DNA from: Eledone cirrhosa
Lineage: Eukaryota
DNA: 64,000 nt
Direction: 5' to 3'
Assembly (NCBI GenBank): GCA_964016885.1
Contig: OZ024753.1
Coordinates: forward strand, 26,598,001-26,662,000
The first letter of the stretch is position 1, and each line of letters begins with the position of its first letter. Below, one piece after another: positions 1 through 12,900 of this stretch. The translations under genes and the position numbers were made by a program. The notes under the pieces were generated by a model. That model made no database searches and had not been told where the DNA came from. It was given only the letters and a program-made list of their open reading frames with translations.

Positions 1-1540
1 TTTTGGGTTAGGTTTAGGGTTAGTGTTAATGTTAGGGTTAGTGTTAGGGTTTGGATTAGGGTTAGGGTTAGGGTTAAGGTTTGGGTTTGCGTTAGGGTTA
101 GGGCTTGGGTTTGGGTCTGGTTTCGGGTTAGGGTTAAGGTTTGGGTTAGGCTATGCGTTAGGGTTAGTGTCAGGGTTAGTGTTAGGATTAGGGTCACGGT
201 TAGGTTTAGAGTTAGGGTTTGGGTTTTGGTTAGCGTTAGGGTTAGGGTTAAGGTTTGGGTTATCGTTTGGGTTAGGGTTAGGTTTAGAGTTAGGTTTAGG
301 GTTAGGGTTATGGTTTTGGGTTATGGTTAGGGTTAGTGTTAAGGTTAGTGTTAGGGTTTGGATTAGGGTTAGGGTTAGGGTTAGGGTTTGGGTTAGTGTT
401 AGGGTTATGTTTAGGGTTAGGGTTTCGTTTTGTGTTAGGGTTAGGGTTAAAGCTTGGGTTTTGGTTTGGTTTCAGGTTAGAGGTTAAGGTTTGGGTTAGG
501 GTTTGCGTTATGGTTACTATTAGCGTTTCGGTTAGGGTTAGGTAAGGGTTACGCTTACGGTTAGGGTTACGGTTAGGTTTAGGGTTAGGGTTTGTGTTAC
601 GGTTAGGGTTCGAGTTAGAGTGAGGGTTTGGGTTTGGGTTCGGGTTTGGTTTAATATTAGGGCTAGCGCTAAGGTTAGGCTTAGGGTTTCGGTTAGGGTT
701 TGGGTTAGGGTTACTGTTAGTGTTTGGGTTCGTGTTAGGGTTAGCGTTAGGGATAGGGTTAGTGTTTGGGTTGGGGTTGGGGTGGGGTTGGGGTGCATAT
801 TAAGGTTGGGGTTAAGATTGAGGTTAGTGTTAGGGTTAGGGTTAGGGTTAGGGATAGGGTTAGAGTTAGGGTTGGGGTTACGGTTAGCGTTGGGGTTAGG
901 GTTAGTTTTAGGGTTAGGGTTAGGATTAGGGTTAGGATTACGGTTGCGGTTGTGGTTGGGGCTAACGTTGGGTATAGGGTTAGAGTTAGGATTGGGGTTA
1001 TGGTCAGCGTTGGTTTAGAGTTAGGGTTAGAGTTATCGTTTGGGTTAGGTTTAGCGTTAGGGTCAGTGTTAGGGTTTAGGTTTGCGTTAGGGTTAGGTCT
1101 TGGGTCTGGGTTTGGTTTCGTGTTAGGGTTAGGGTTAGGGTCAGTGTTAAGGTTTGGGTTAGGGTGTGCATTAGAGTTAGTGTTAGGATTAATTTTAGGA
1201 TTAGGGTTACGGTTAGGTTTAGAGTTAGGGTTTGGGTTTGGGTTAGCATTAGGGTTAGGGTTAGGGTTTGGGTTTGGGTTCGAGTTAGGGTGAGGGTTTG
1301 GGTTTGGTTTAGGGTTAGGGTTAGGGTTAGGGTTAGGGTTAGGATTTGGGTTAGGGTTATTGTTAGTGTTACTGCTAGGTTTAGGGTTTTTGTTAGGGTT
1401 ACGGTTAGTGTTTGGGTTAGTGTTAGGGATAGTGTTAGTGTTAGGGTTAGAGTTAGGGTTACGTTTCCGGTTGGGATTAGCGTTGGGGATAGGGTTAGGG
1501 TTAGGGTTGGCTTAGGGTTAGGTTTAGGCTTAGGGTTTGG
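1..1540 (+). repeat. Partial (3' end) copy of HOR subunit A
   Basis: Matches ~6140-7670 at offsets ~6144 to 6126 (ORFs 766/6898 and 1164/7296 offset 6132; anchor CGGTCTGGCTTTGTG at 1617 vs 7743), with small hexamer indels. Confidence 0.88.
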
Positions 1541-4500
1541 GTTAGGGTTAGTGTTAGGTTTAGGTTTAGTGTTAGGGTTAGGGTTTGGGTTAGGTTTAGG
1601 GTTACGGTTAGGGTTACGGTCTGGCTTTGTGTTAGGTTTAGGGTTAGGGTTAGGGTTACTGTTAAGGGTAGGGTTTGGGTTATGTTTAGGGTTAGGGTTA
1701 GGGTTATGAATACAGTTGCGGTTGTGGTTGGGGTTGGGGTTATGGTTAGGGTTAGGGTTAGAGTTATCGTTTGGGTTAGGGTTAGGGTTAGGGTTATGGT
1801 TTTGGGTTAGGTTTATGGTTAGGGTTAATGTTAGGGTTAGGGTTAGGGTTTGGATTAGGGTTTGGGTTTGCGTTAGGGTTAGGGCTTGGGTTTGGGTTTG
1901 GTTTCGGGTTAGGGTTAGGGTTAAGGTTTGGGTTAGGGTGTGCGTTAGGGTTAGTGTCAGGGTTAATGTTAGGATTAGGGTTACGGTTAGGTTTAGAATT
2001 AGGGTTTGGGTTTGGGTTAGCATTAGCGTTAGGGTTAGGGTTTGGGTTAGGGTTTGAGTTAGGGTGAGGGTTTGGGTTTGGTTTAGGGTTAGGGTTAGGT
2101 TTAGGGTTATGGTTAGGGTTAGGATTTGGGTTAGGGTTATTGTTAGTGTTACTGCTAGGGTTTGGGTTTGGGTTAGGGTTTGGTGTTAGGGTTTGGGTTA
2201 GTCTTAGGGATAGTGTTAGTGTTAGGGTTAGGGTTACGTTTCCGGTTGGGATTAGCGTTGGGGATATGGTTAGGGTTAGTGTTGGCTTAGGGTTAGGTTT
2301 AGGGTTAGGGTTTGGGTTAGGTTTAGTGTTAGGGTTAGGTTTAGGGTTAGGGTTAGGGTTAGGGTTTGGGTTAGGTTTAGGGTTACGGTTAGGGTTACGG
2401 TTTGGGTTTGGGTTAGGTTTAGTGTTGGGGTTAGGGTTACTGTTAAGGGTATGGTTTGGGTTATGTTTAGGGTTAGGGTTAGGGTTTGGGTTAGGGTTAC
2501 GGTTAGGGTTCGGGTTCGGGTTGGGGTTCGGGTTAGCGTTGGTGATACCGTTGGTTTTAGGGTTAGGGTTAGGGTTAGGGTTAGAGTTAGGGTTAGGGTT
2601 AGAGTTACGGTTTGGGTTAGGGTTAGGGTTAGGGTTAGGGTTAGGGTTAGGGTTAGTGTTAGGGTTAGGATTAGGGTTAGGGTTAGGGTTTGGGTTTGGG
2701 GTAGGGTTACGGCTTGGGTTTGGGTTTGGTTTCGGGTTAGGGTTAGGGTTAGTGTTATGGTTTGTGTTAGGGTGTGCGTTAGGGTTAGGGTTAGAGTTAG
2801 AATTAGGGTTACGGTTAGGTTTAGGGTTAGGGTATGTGTTTGTGTTAGGGTTAGCGTTAGGGTTAGTGTTAGGGTTAGTGTTTGGGTTTGGGTTGGGGTG
2901 GGGTTGGGGTGCGGATTACGGTTGGGGTCAGGGTTGAGTTTCGGGTTAGGTTTAGGGTTAGGGTTAAGGATAGGGTTAGAGTTAGGGTTGGGGTTAGTCT
3001 TAGCGTTGGGGTTAGGGTTAGGATTACGGTTAGTGTTGGGGTTAGTGTTAGGGATAGTGTTAGTGTTAGGATTAGGGTTAGGGTTACGTTTCCGGTTGGG
3101 ATTAGCGTTGGGGATAGGGTTAGTGTTAGGGTTGGCTTAGGGTTAGGTTTAGGGTTAGGGTTTGGGTTAGGTTTAGTGTTAGGGTTAGGTTTAGGGTTAG
3201 GGTTAGCGTTAGGGTTTGGGTTAGGTTTAGGGTTACGGTTAGGCTTACGGTTTGGGTTTGGTTTAGGTTTAGGGTTAGGGTTAGGGTCAGGGTTAGGGTT
3301 AGTGTTAGGGTTTGGATTAGGGTTAGGGTTAGGGTTAGGGTTAAGTTTTTGGTTTGGTTTAGGGTTAGCTTTTTGTTTGGGTTAGGGTTAGGTTTAGGTT
3401 TAGGGTTAGGGTTAGTGTTAGGGCTTGGGATTGGTTTCGGTTTAGGGTTATGGTTAATTTTAACGTTTGGGTTAGGGTTTGCGTTAGAGTTACGATTAGG
3501 GTTTGAGATAGGGTTAGGTTTAATTTTAGTGTTAGGGTTAGGGTCAGGTTTAGGGTTACGGTTTGGGTTTGGGTTAGGGTTAGGATTAGGTTTAGGGTTA
3601 GCGTTTCGGTTAGGGTTTGGGTAAGAGTTAGGGCTAGGGTTAGGGTGACGGTTAGGTTTAGGGTGAGGTTTGGGTTTGGGTTCGGATTTGGTTTAATGTT
3701 AGGGCTAGCGCTAAGGTTAGGGTTAGGGTTTGGGTTAGGGTTTGGGTTAGGGTTAGTATTAGGGTTAGGGTTATGAATACAGCTGCGGTTGTGGTTGGGG
3801 TTGGGGTTATGGTTAGGGTTAGGGTTAGAGTTATCGTTTGGGTTAGGGTTACGGTTAGGTTTAGGGTTAGGGTTATGGTTTTGGGTTAGGTTTATGGTTA
3901 GGGTTAATGTTAGGGTTAGTGTTAGGGTTTGGATTAGGGTTTGGGTTTGCGTTAGGGTTAGGGCTTGGGTTTGGGTTTGGTTTCGGGTTAGGGTTAGGGT
4001 GTGCGTTAGGGTTAGTGTCAGGGTTAATGTTAGGATTAGGGTTACGGTTAGGTTTAGAGTTAGGGTTTGGGTTTGGGTTAGCATTAGCGTTAGAGTTAGG
4101 GTTTGGGTTAGGGTTTGAGTTAGGGTGAGGGTTTGGGTTTGGTTTAGGGTTAGGGTTAGGTTTAGGGTTATGGTTAGGGTTAGGATTTGGGTTAGGGTTA
4201 TTGTTAGTGTTACTGCTAGGGTTTGGGTTTGGGTTAGGGTTTGGAGTTAGGGTTTGGGTTAGTGTTAGGGATAGTGTTAGTGTTAGGGTTAGGGTTAGGG
4301 TTACGTTTCCGGTTGGGATTAGCGTTGGGGATATGGTTAGGGTTAGGGTTGGCTTAGGGTTAGGTTTAGGGTTAGGGTTTGGGTTAGGTTTAGTGTTAGG
4401 GTTAGATTTAGGGTTAGGGTTAGGGTTAGGGTTTGGGTTAGGTTTAGGGTTACGGTTAGGGTTACGGTTTGGGTTTGGGTTAAGTTTAGTGTTGGGGTTA

Positions 4501-7500
4501 GGGTTACTGTTAAGGGTATGGTTTGGGTTATGTTTAGGGTTAGGGTTAGGGTTTGGGTTAGGGTTACGTTTAGGGTTCGGGTTCGGGTTGGGGTCGGGTT
4601 AGCGTTGGTGATACCGTTGGTTTTAGGGTTAGGGTTAGGGTTAGAGTTAGGGTTAGGGTTAGAGTTACGGTTTGGGTTAGGGTTAGGGTTAGGGTTAGAG
4701 TTTGGGTTAGTGTTAGGGTTAGGGTTAGGATTAGGATTAGGGTTACGTTTAGGTTTAGGGTTAGGGTTAAGTTTTGGGTTAGTGTTAGGGTTAGGATTAG
4801 GGTTAGGGTTAGGGTTTGGGTTTGGGGTAGGGTTACGGCTTGGGTTTGGGTTTGGTTTCGGGTTAGGGTTAGGGTTAGTGTTATGGTTTGTGTTAGGGTG
4901 TGCGTTAGGGTTAGGGTTAGAGTTAGGATTAGGGTTACGGTTAGGTTTAGGGTTAGGGTATGTGTTTGTGTTAGGGTTAGCGTTAGGGTTAGTGTTAGGG
5001 TTAGTGTTTGGGTTTGGGTTAGGGTGGGGTTGGGGTGCGGATTACGGTTGGGGTCAGGGTTGAGTTTCGGGTTAGGTTTAGGGTTAGGGTTAAGGATAGG
5101 GTTAGAGTTAGGGTTGGGGTTAGTCTTAGCGTTGGGGTTAGGGTTAGGATTACGGTTAGTGTTGGGGTTAGTGTTAGGGATAGTGTTAGTGTTAGGATTA
5201 GGGTTAGGGTTACGTTTCCGGTTGGGATTAGCGTTGGGGATAGGGTTAGTGTTAGGGCTGGCTTAGGGTTAGGTTTAGGGTTAGTGTTTGGGTTAGGTTT
5301 AGTGTTAGGGTTAGGTTTAGGGTTAGGGTTAGCGTTAGGGTTTGGGTTAGGTTTAGGGTTACGGTTAGGGTTACGGTTTGGGTTTGGTTTAGGTTTAGGG
5401 TTAGGGTTAGGGTTAGGGTTAGTGTTAGGGTTTGGATTAGGGTTAGGGTTAGGGTTAGGGTTAAGTTTTTGGTTTGGTTTAGGGTTAGCTTTTTGTTTGG
5501 GTTAGGGTTAGGTTTAGGTTTAGGGTTAGGGTTAGTGTTAGAACTTGGGATTGGTTTCGGTTTAGGGTTATGGTTAATTTTAACGTTTGGGTTAGGGTTT
5601 GCGTTAGAGTTACGATTAGGGTTTGAGATAGGGTTAGGTTTAATTTTAGTGTTAGGGTTAGGGTCAGGTTTAGGGTTACGGTTTGGGTTTGGGTTAGGGT
5701 TAGGATTAGGTTTAGGGTTAGCGTTTCGGTTAGGGTTTGGGTAAGAGTTAGGGTTAGGGTTAGGGTTACGGTTAGGTTTAGGGTGAGGGTTTGGGTTTGG
5801 GTTCGGATTTGGTTTAATGTTAGGGCTAGCGCTAAGGTTAGGGTTAGGGTTTGGGTTAGGGTTTCGGTTAGGGTTACGGTTAGTGTTTGCGTTAGTGTTA
5901 GGGTTAGCGTTATGTTTAGTGTTAGGGTTAGGGTTAGGGTTAGGGTTGGGGTTAGTGTTAGCGTTGGGGTTAGGGTTAGTGTTAGGGTTAGGATTAGGGT
6001 TAGGGTTAGGAATACAGTTGCGGTTGTGGTTGGGGCTAGCGTTGGTAGAAGAGGGTTGGGTTAGGGTTAGGGTTAGGGTTAGGGTTAGAGTTATCGTTTG
6101 GGTTAGGGTTAGGGTTAGGGTTAGGGTTAGGGTTATGGTTTTGGGTTAGGTTTAGGGTTAGTGTTAATGTTAGGGTTAGTGTTAGGGTTTGGATTAGGGT
6201 TAGGGTTAGGGTTAAGGTTTGGGTTTGCGTTAGGGTTAGGGCTTGGGTTTGGGTCTGGTTTCGGGTTAGGGTTAAGGTTTGGGTTAGGGTATGCGTTAGG
6301 GTTAGTGTCAGGGTTAGTGTTAGGATTAGGGTCACGGTTAGGTTTAGAGTTAGGGTTTGGGTTTTGGTTAGCGTTAGGGTTAGGGTTAAGGTTTGGGTTA
6401 TCGTTTGGGTTAGGGTTAGGTTTAGAGTTAGGTTTAGGGTTAGGGTTATGGTTTTGGGTTATGGTTAGGGTTAGTGTTAAGGTTAGTGTTAGGGTTTGGA
6501 TTAGGGTTAGGGTTAGGGTTAGGGTTAGGGTTTGGGTTAGTGTTAGGGTTATGTTTAGGGTTAGGGTTTCGTTTTGTGTTAGGGTTAGGGTTAAAGCTTG
6601 GGTTTTGGTTTGGTTTCAGGTTAGAGGTTAAGGTTTGGGTTAGGGTTTGCGTTATGGTTACTATTAGCGTTTCGGTTAGGGTTAGGTAAGGGTTACGGTT
6701 AGGGTTACGGTTAGGTTTAGGGTTAGGGTTTGTGTTACGGTTAGGGTTCGAGTTAGAGTGAGGGTTTGGGTTCGGGTTTGGTTTAATATTAGGGCTAGCG
6801 CTAAGGTTAGGCTTAGGGTTTCGGTTAGGGTTTGGGTTAGGGTTACTGTTAGTGTTTGGGTTCGTGTTAGGGTTAGCGTTAGGGATAGGGTTAGTGTTTG
6901 GGTTGGGGTTGGGGTGGTGTTGGGGTGCATGTTAAGGTTGGGGTTAGGGTTGAGGTTAGTGTTAGGGTTAGGGTTAGGGTTAGGGATAGGGTTAGAGTTA
7001 GGGTTGGGGTTACGGTTAGCGTTGGGGTTAGGGTTAGTTTTAGGGTTAGGGTTAGGATTAGGGTTAGGATTACGGTTGCGGTTGTGGTTGGGGCTAACGT
7101 TGGGTATAGGGTTAGAGTTAGGATTGGGGTTATGGTCAGCGTTGGTTTAGAGTTAGGGTTAGAGTTATCGTTTGGGTTAGGTTTAGCGTTAGGGTTAGTG
7201 TTAGGGTTTAGGTTTGTGTTAGGGTTAGGTCTTGGGTCTGGGTTTGGTTTCGTGTTAGGGTTAGGGTTAGGGTCAGTGTTAAGGTTTGGGTTAGGGTGTG
7301 CATTAGAGTTAGTGTTAGGATTAATTTTAGGATTAGGGTTACGGTTAGGTTTAGAGTTAGGGTTTGGGTTTGGGTTAGCATTAGGGTTAGGGTTAGGGTT
7401 TGGGTTTGGGTTCGAGTTAGGGTGAGGGTTTGGGTTTGGGTTAGGGTTAGGGTTAGGGTTAGGGTTAGGATTTGGGTTAGGGTTATTGTTAGTGTTACTG

Positions 7501-9906
7501 CTAGGTTTAGGGTTTTTGTTAGGGTTACGGTTAGTGTTTGGGTTAGTGTTAGGGATAGTGTTAGTGTTAGGGTTAGAGTTAGGGTTACGTTTCCGGTTGG
7601 GATTAGCGTTGGGGATAGGGTTAGGGTTAGGGTTGGCTTAGGGTTAGGTTTAGGCTTAGGGTTTGGGTTGGGGTTAGTGTTAGGTTTAGGTTTAGGGTTA
7701 GGGTTAGGGTTTGGGTTAGGTTTAGGGTTACGGTTAGGGTTACGGTCTGGCTTTGTGTTAGGTTTAGGGTTAGGGTTAGGGTTACTGTTAAGGGTAGGGT
7801 TTGGGTTATGTTTAGGGTTAGGGTTAGGGTTAGGGTTTGGGTTTGCGTTAGGGTTAGGGCTTGGGTATGGGTTTGTTTTCGGGTTAGGATTAGGGTTATG
7901 GTTTGGGTTAGGGTTTGCGTTACGGTTAGTGTCAGGGTTAGTGTTAGGATTAGAGTTACGGTTAGGGTTTGGGTTTGGGTTAGCGTTAGGGTTTGGGTTA
8001 GGGTTTGGGTTATCGTTTGGGTTAGTGTTAGGTTTAGAGTTAGGTTTAGGGTTAGGGTTATGGTTTTGGGTTATGGTTAGGGTCAGTTTTAAGGTTAGTG
8101 TTAGGGTTTGGATTTGGGTTAGGGTTAGGGTTAGGGTTTGGATTAGTGTTTGGGTTAGGTTTAGGGATAGGGTTTCGGTTTGTGTTAGGGTTAGGGTTAA
8201 AACTTGGGTTTGGGTTTGGTTTCAGGTTAGTGTTAATGTTTGGGTTAGTGTTTGCGTTAGGGTTACTATTAGCGTTTCGGTTAAGGTTGGGTAAGGTTTA
8301 CGGTTACGGTTAGGGTTACCGTTAGGTTTAGGGTTAGGGTTTGTGTTTGGGTTAGGGTTAGGGTTAAGGTTTTTGTTACGGTTAGGGTTCGAGTTAGAGT
8401 GAGGGTTTGGGTTTGGGTTCGGGTTTGGTTTAATATTAGGGCTAGCGCTAAGGTTAGGGTTAGGGTTTGGGTTAGGGTTTGTGTTAGGGTTACTGTTAGT
8501 GTTTGGGTTAGTGTTAGGGTTAGCGTTAGGGTTAGGGTTAGTGTTTGGGTTGGGGTGCATGTTAAGGTTGGGGTTAGGGTTGTGTTTAGTGTTAGGGTTA
8601 GGGTTAGGGTTAGGGATAGGGTTAGAGTTAGGGTTGGGGTTAGGGTTAGTGTTGGGGTTAGGTTTAGTGTTAGTGTTAGGATTACGGTTGCGGTTGTGGT
8701 TGGGGCTAACGTTGGGGATAGGGTTGGGTTAGAGATAAGGTTAGAGTTAAGATTGGGGTTATGGTTAGCGTTGGGGTTAGGGTTAGGGTAAGGGTTAGGG
8801 TTAGGGTTAGGGTTAGAGTTATCGTTTGGGTTACGTTAAGGGTTGGGGTTAGTGTTAAGGTTTGGATTAGGGTTAGGGTTAGGGTTAGGGTTAGGGTTTG
8901 GGTTTGCGTTAGGGTTAGGGCTTGGGTCTGGGTTTGGTCTCGGGTTACAGTTAGGGTTAGGGTTAGTGTTAATGTTTGGGTTAGGGTGTGCGTTAGGGTT
9001 AGGGTTAGGGTTAGGGTTAGGGTTACGGTTAGATTTAGAGTTAGGGTTTGGGTTTGGGTTAGCGTTAGGGTTAAGGTTAGGGTTTGGGTTAGGGTTCGAT
9101 TTAGGGTGAGGGTTTGGGCTTGGTTTCGGGTTAGGGCTAACGTTAGGGTTAGGTTTTGTGTTTGGGTTAGGGTTAGCGATAGGGTTCGGGTTAGGATTAG
9201 GGTTAGGGTTAGGGTTTGCGTTAGGATTTGGGTTAGGGTTATTGTTAGTGTTACTGCTAGGGTTAGGGTTTTGGTTTGGGTTAGGGTTACGGTTAGTGTT
9301 TGGGTTAGTGTTAGGGATAGTGTTAGTGTTAGGATTAGGGTTAGGGTTACGTTTCCGGTTGGGATTAGCGTTGGTGATATGGTTAGGGTTAGGTTTAGGG
9401 TTAGGGTTTGGGTTAGGTTTAGTGTTAGGGTTAGGTTTAGGGTTAGGGTTAGGGTTTGGGTTAGGTTTAGGGTTACGGTTAGGGTTACGGTTTGGGTTTG
9501 GATTAGGGTTAGGGTTAAGTTTAGGGTTAAGTTTTTGGTTTGGGATTAGGGTTAGGTTTCCGGTTGGGATTAGCGTTGGGGATATGGTTAGGGTTAGGGT
9601 TGGCTTAGGGTTAGGGTTGTGGTTAGGGTTTGGGTTAGGTTTAGGGTTACGGTTAGGGTTACGGTTTGGGTTTGGTTTAGGTTTAGGGTTAGGGTTAGGG
9701 TTAGGGTTAGAGTTAGTGTTAGGGTTTGGATTAGGGTTAGGGTTAAGTTTTGGGTTTGGGTTAGGGTTAGGTTTTTGTTTGGGTTAGGGTTAGGTTTAGG
9801 TTTAGGGTTAGTCTTTCGGTTTGGGTTAGGGTTAGGGCTTGGGATTGGTTTCGGGTTAGGATTATGGTTAGTTTTAAGGTTTGGGTTAGGGTTTGCGTTA
9901 GGGTTA
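1541..9906 (+). repeat. 8.37-kb higher-order repeat, copy 1 (subunit A ~1541-7670 + subunit B ~7671-9900)
   Basis: ORF pairs at constant offset 8368: 1828/10196, 2140/10508, 3349/11717, 5783/14151, 7296/15664, 8761/17129, 9619/17987. Confidence 0.93.
1700..5850 (+). repeat. Older ~2.1-kb tandem duplication inside subunit A (also at ~10060-14220)
   Basis: Landmark GAATACAG at 1708 and 3775. ORF pairs 1828/3907, 2140/4201 and 3349/5469 have offsets 2061-2120. More indels and SNPs than the 8368 pair. Confidence 0.85.
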
Positions 9907-12900
9907 GTGTTAGGTTTAGGTTTAGTGTTAGGGTTAGGGTTTGGGTTAGGTTTAGGGTTACGGTTAGGGTTACGGTCTGGCTTTGTGTTAGGTTTAGGGT
10001 TAGGGTTAGGGTTACTGTTAAGGGTAGGGTTTGGGTTATGTTTAGGGTTAGGGTTAGGGTTATGAATACAGTTGCGGTTGTGGTTGGGGTTGGGGTTATG
10101 GTTAGGGTTAGGGTTAGAGTTATCGTTTGGGTTAGGGTTACGGTTAGGGTTAGGGTTAGGGTTATGGTTTTGGGTTAGGTTTATGGTTAGGGTTAATGTT
10201 AGGGTTAGGGTTAGGGTTTGGATTAGGGTTTGGGTTTGCGTTAGGGTTAGGGCTTGGGTTTGGGTTTGGTTTCGGGTTAGGGTTAGGGTTAAGGTTTGGG
10301 TTAGGGTGTGCGTTAGGGTTAGTGTCAGGGTTAATGTTAGGATTAGGGTTACGGTTAGGTTTAGAATTAGGGTTTGGGTTTGGGTTAGCATTAGCGTTAG
10401 GGTTAGGGTTTGGGTTAGGGTTTGAGTTAGGGTGAGGGTTTGGGTTTGGTTTAGGGTTAGGGTTAGGTTTAGGGTTATGGTTAGGGTTAGGATTTGGGTT
10501 AGGGTTATTGTTAGTGTTACTGCTAGGGTTTGGGTTTGGGTTAGGGTTTGGTGTTAGGGTTTGGGTTAGTCTTAGGGATAGTGTTAGTGTTAGGGTTAGG
10601 GTTACGTTTCCGGTTGGGATTAGCGTTGGGGATATGGTTAGGGTTAGTGTTGGCTTAGGGTTAGGTTTAGGGTTAGGGTTTGGGTTAGGTTTAGTGTTAG
10701 GGTTAGGTTTAGGGTTAGGGTTAGGGTTAGGGTTTGGGTTAGGTTTAGGGTTACGGTTAGGGTTACGGTTTGGGTTTGGGTTAGGTTTAGTGTTGGGGTT
10801 AGGGTTACTGTTAAGGGTATGGTTTGGGTTATGTTTAGGGTTAGGGTTAGGGTTTGGGTTAGGGTTACGGTTAGGGTTCGGGTTCGGGTTGGGGTTCGGG
10901 TTAGCGTTGGTGATACCGTTGGTTTTAGGGTTAGGGTTAGGGTTAGGGTTAGAGTTAGGGTTAGGGTTAGAGTTACGGTTTGGGTTAGGGTTAGGGTTAG
11001 GGTTAGGGTTAGGGTTAGGGTTAGTGTTAGGGTTAGGATTAGGGTTAGGGTTAGGGTTTGGGTTTGGGGTAGGGTTACGGCTTGGGTTTGGGTTTGGTTT
11101 CGGGTTAGGGTTAGGGTTAGTGTTATGGTTTGTGTTAGGGTGTGCGTTAGGGTTAGGGTTAGAGTTAGAATTAGGGTTACGGTTAGGTTTAGGGTTATGG
11201 TATGTGTTTGTGTTAGGGTTAGCGTTAGGGTTAGTGTTAGGGTTAGTGTTTGGGTTTGGGTTGGGGTGGGGTTGGGGTGCGGATTACGGTTGGGGTCAGG
11301 GTTGAGTTTCGGGTTAGGTTTAGGGTTAGGGTTAAGGATAGGGTTAGAGTTAGGGTTGGGGTTAGTCTTAGCGTTGGGGTTAGGGTTAGGATTACGGTTA
11401 GTGTTGGGGTTAGTGTTAGGGATAGTGTTAGTGTTAGGATTAGGGTTAGGGTTACGTTTCCGGTTGGGATTAGCGTTGGGGATAGGGTTAGTGTTAGGGT
11501 TGGCTTAGGGTTAGGTTTAGGGTTAGGGTTTGGGTTAGGTTTAGTGTTAGGGTTAGGTTTAGGGTTAGGGTTAGCGTTAGGGTTTGGGTTAGGTTTAGGG
11601 TTACGGTTAGGCTTACGGTTTGGGTTTGGTTTAGGTTTAGGGTTAGGGTTAGGGTCAGGGTTAGGGTTAGTGTTAGGGTTTGGATTAGGGTTAGGGTTAG
11701 GGTTAGGGTTAAGTTTTTGGTTTGGTTTAGGGTTAGCTTTTTGTTTGGGTTAGGGTTAGGTTTAGGTTTAGGGTTAGGGTTAGTGTTAGGGCTTGGGATT
11801 GGTTTCGGTTTAGGGTTATGGTTAATTTTAACGTTTGGGTTAGGGTTTGCGTTAGAGTTACGATTAGGGTTTGAGATAGGGTTAGGTTTAATTTTAGTGT
11901 TAGGGTTAGGGTCAGGTTTAGGGTTACGGTTTGGGTTTGGGTTAGGGTTAGGATTAGGTTTAGGGTTAGCGTTTCGGTTAGGGTTTGGGTAAGAGTTAGG
12001 GCTAGGGTTAGGGTGACGGTTAGGTTTAGGGTGAGGTTTGGGTTTGGGTTCGGATTTGGTTTAATGTTAGGGCTAGCGCTAAGGTTAGGGTTAGGGTTTG
12101 GGTTAGGGTTTGGGTTAGGGTTAGTATTAGGGTTAGGGTTATGAATACAGCTGCGGTTGTGGTTGGGGTTGGGGTTATGGTTAGGGTTAGGGTTAGAGTT
12201 ATCGTTTGGGTTAGGGTTACGGTTAGGTTTAGGGTTAGGGTTATGGTTTTGGGTTAGGTTTATGGTTAGGGTTAATGTTAGGGTTAGTGTTAGGGTTTGG
12301 ATTAGGGTTTGGGTTTGCGTTAGGGTTAGGGCTTGGGTTTGGGTTTGGTTTCGGGTTAGGGTTAGGGTGTGCGTTAGGGTTAGTGTCAGGGTTAATGTTA
12401 GGATTAGGGTTACGGTTAGGTTTAGAGTTAGGGTTTGGGTTTGGGTTAGCATTAGCGTTAGAGTTAGGGTTTGGGTTAGGGTTTGAGTTAGGGTGAGGGT
12501 TTGGGTTTGGTTTAGGGTTAGGGTTAGGTTTAGGGTTATGGTTAGGGTTAGGGTGTGCGTTAGGGTTATTGTTAGTGTTACTGCTAGGGTTTGGGTTTGG
12601 GTTAGGGTTTGGAGTTAGGGTTTGGGTTAGTGTTAGGGATAGTGTTAGTGTTAGGGTTAGGGTTAGGGTTACGTTTCCGGTTGGGATTAGCGTTGGGGAT
12701 ATGGTTAGGGTTAGGGTTGGCTTAGGGTTAGGTTTAGGGTTAGGGTTTGGGTTAGGTTTAGTGTTAGGGTTAGATTTAGGGTTAGGGTTAGGGTTAGGGT
12801 TTGGGTTAGGTTTAGGGTTACGGTTAGGGTTACGGTTTGGGTTTGGGTTAAGTTTAGTGTTGGGGTTAGGGTTACTGTTAAGGGTATGGTTTGGGTTATG

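Noticed and set aside
6043-6054. Purine-rich GGTAGAAGAGGG (also ~14411) as a foreign insertion
   Set aside because: It sits where paralogs have GGGGATAGGG after GCTAGCGTT. It is a locally mutated repeat too short to call an insertion.
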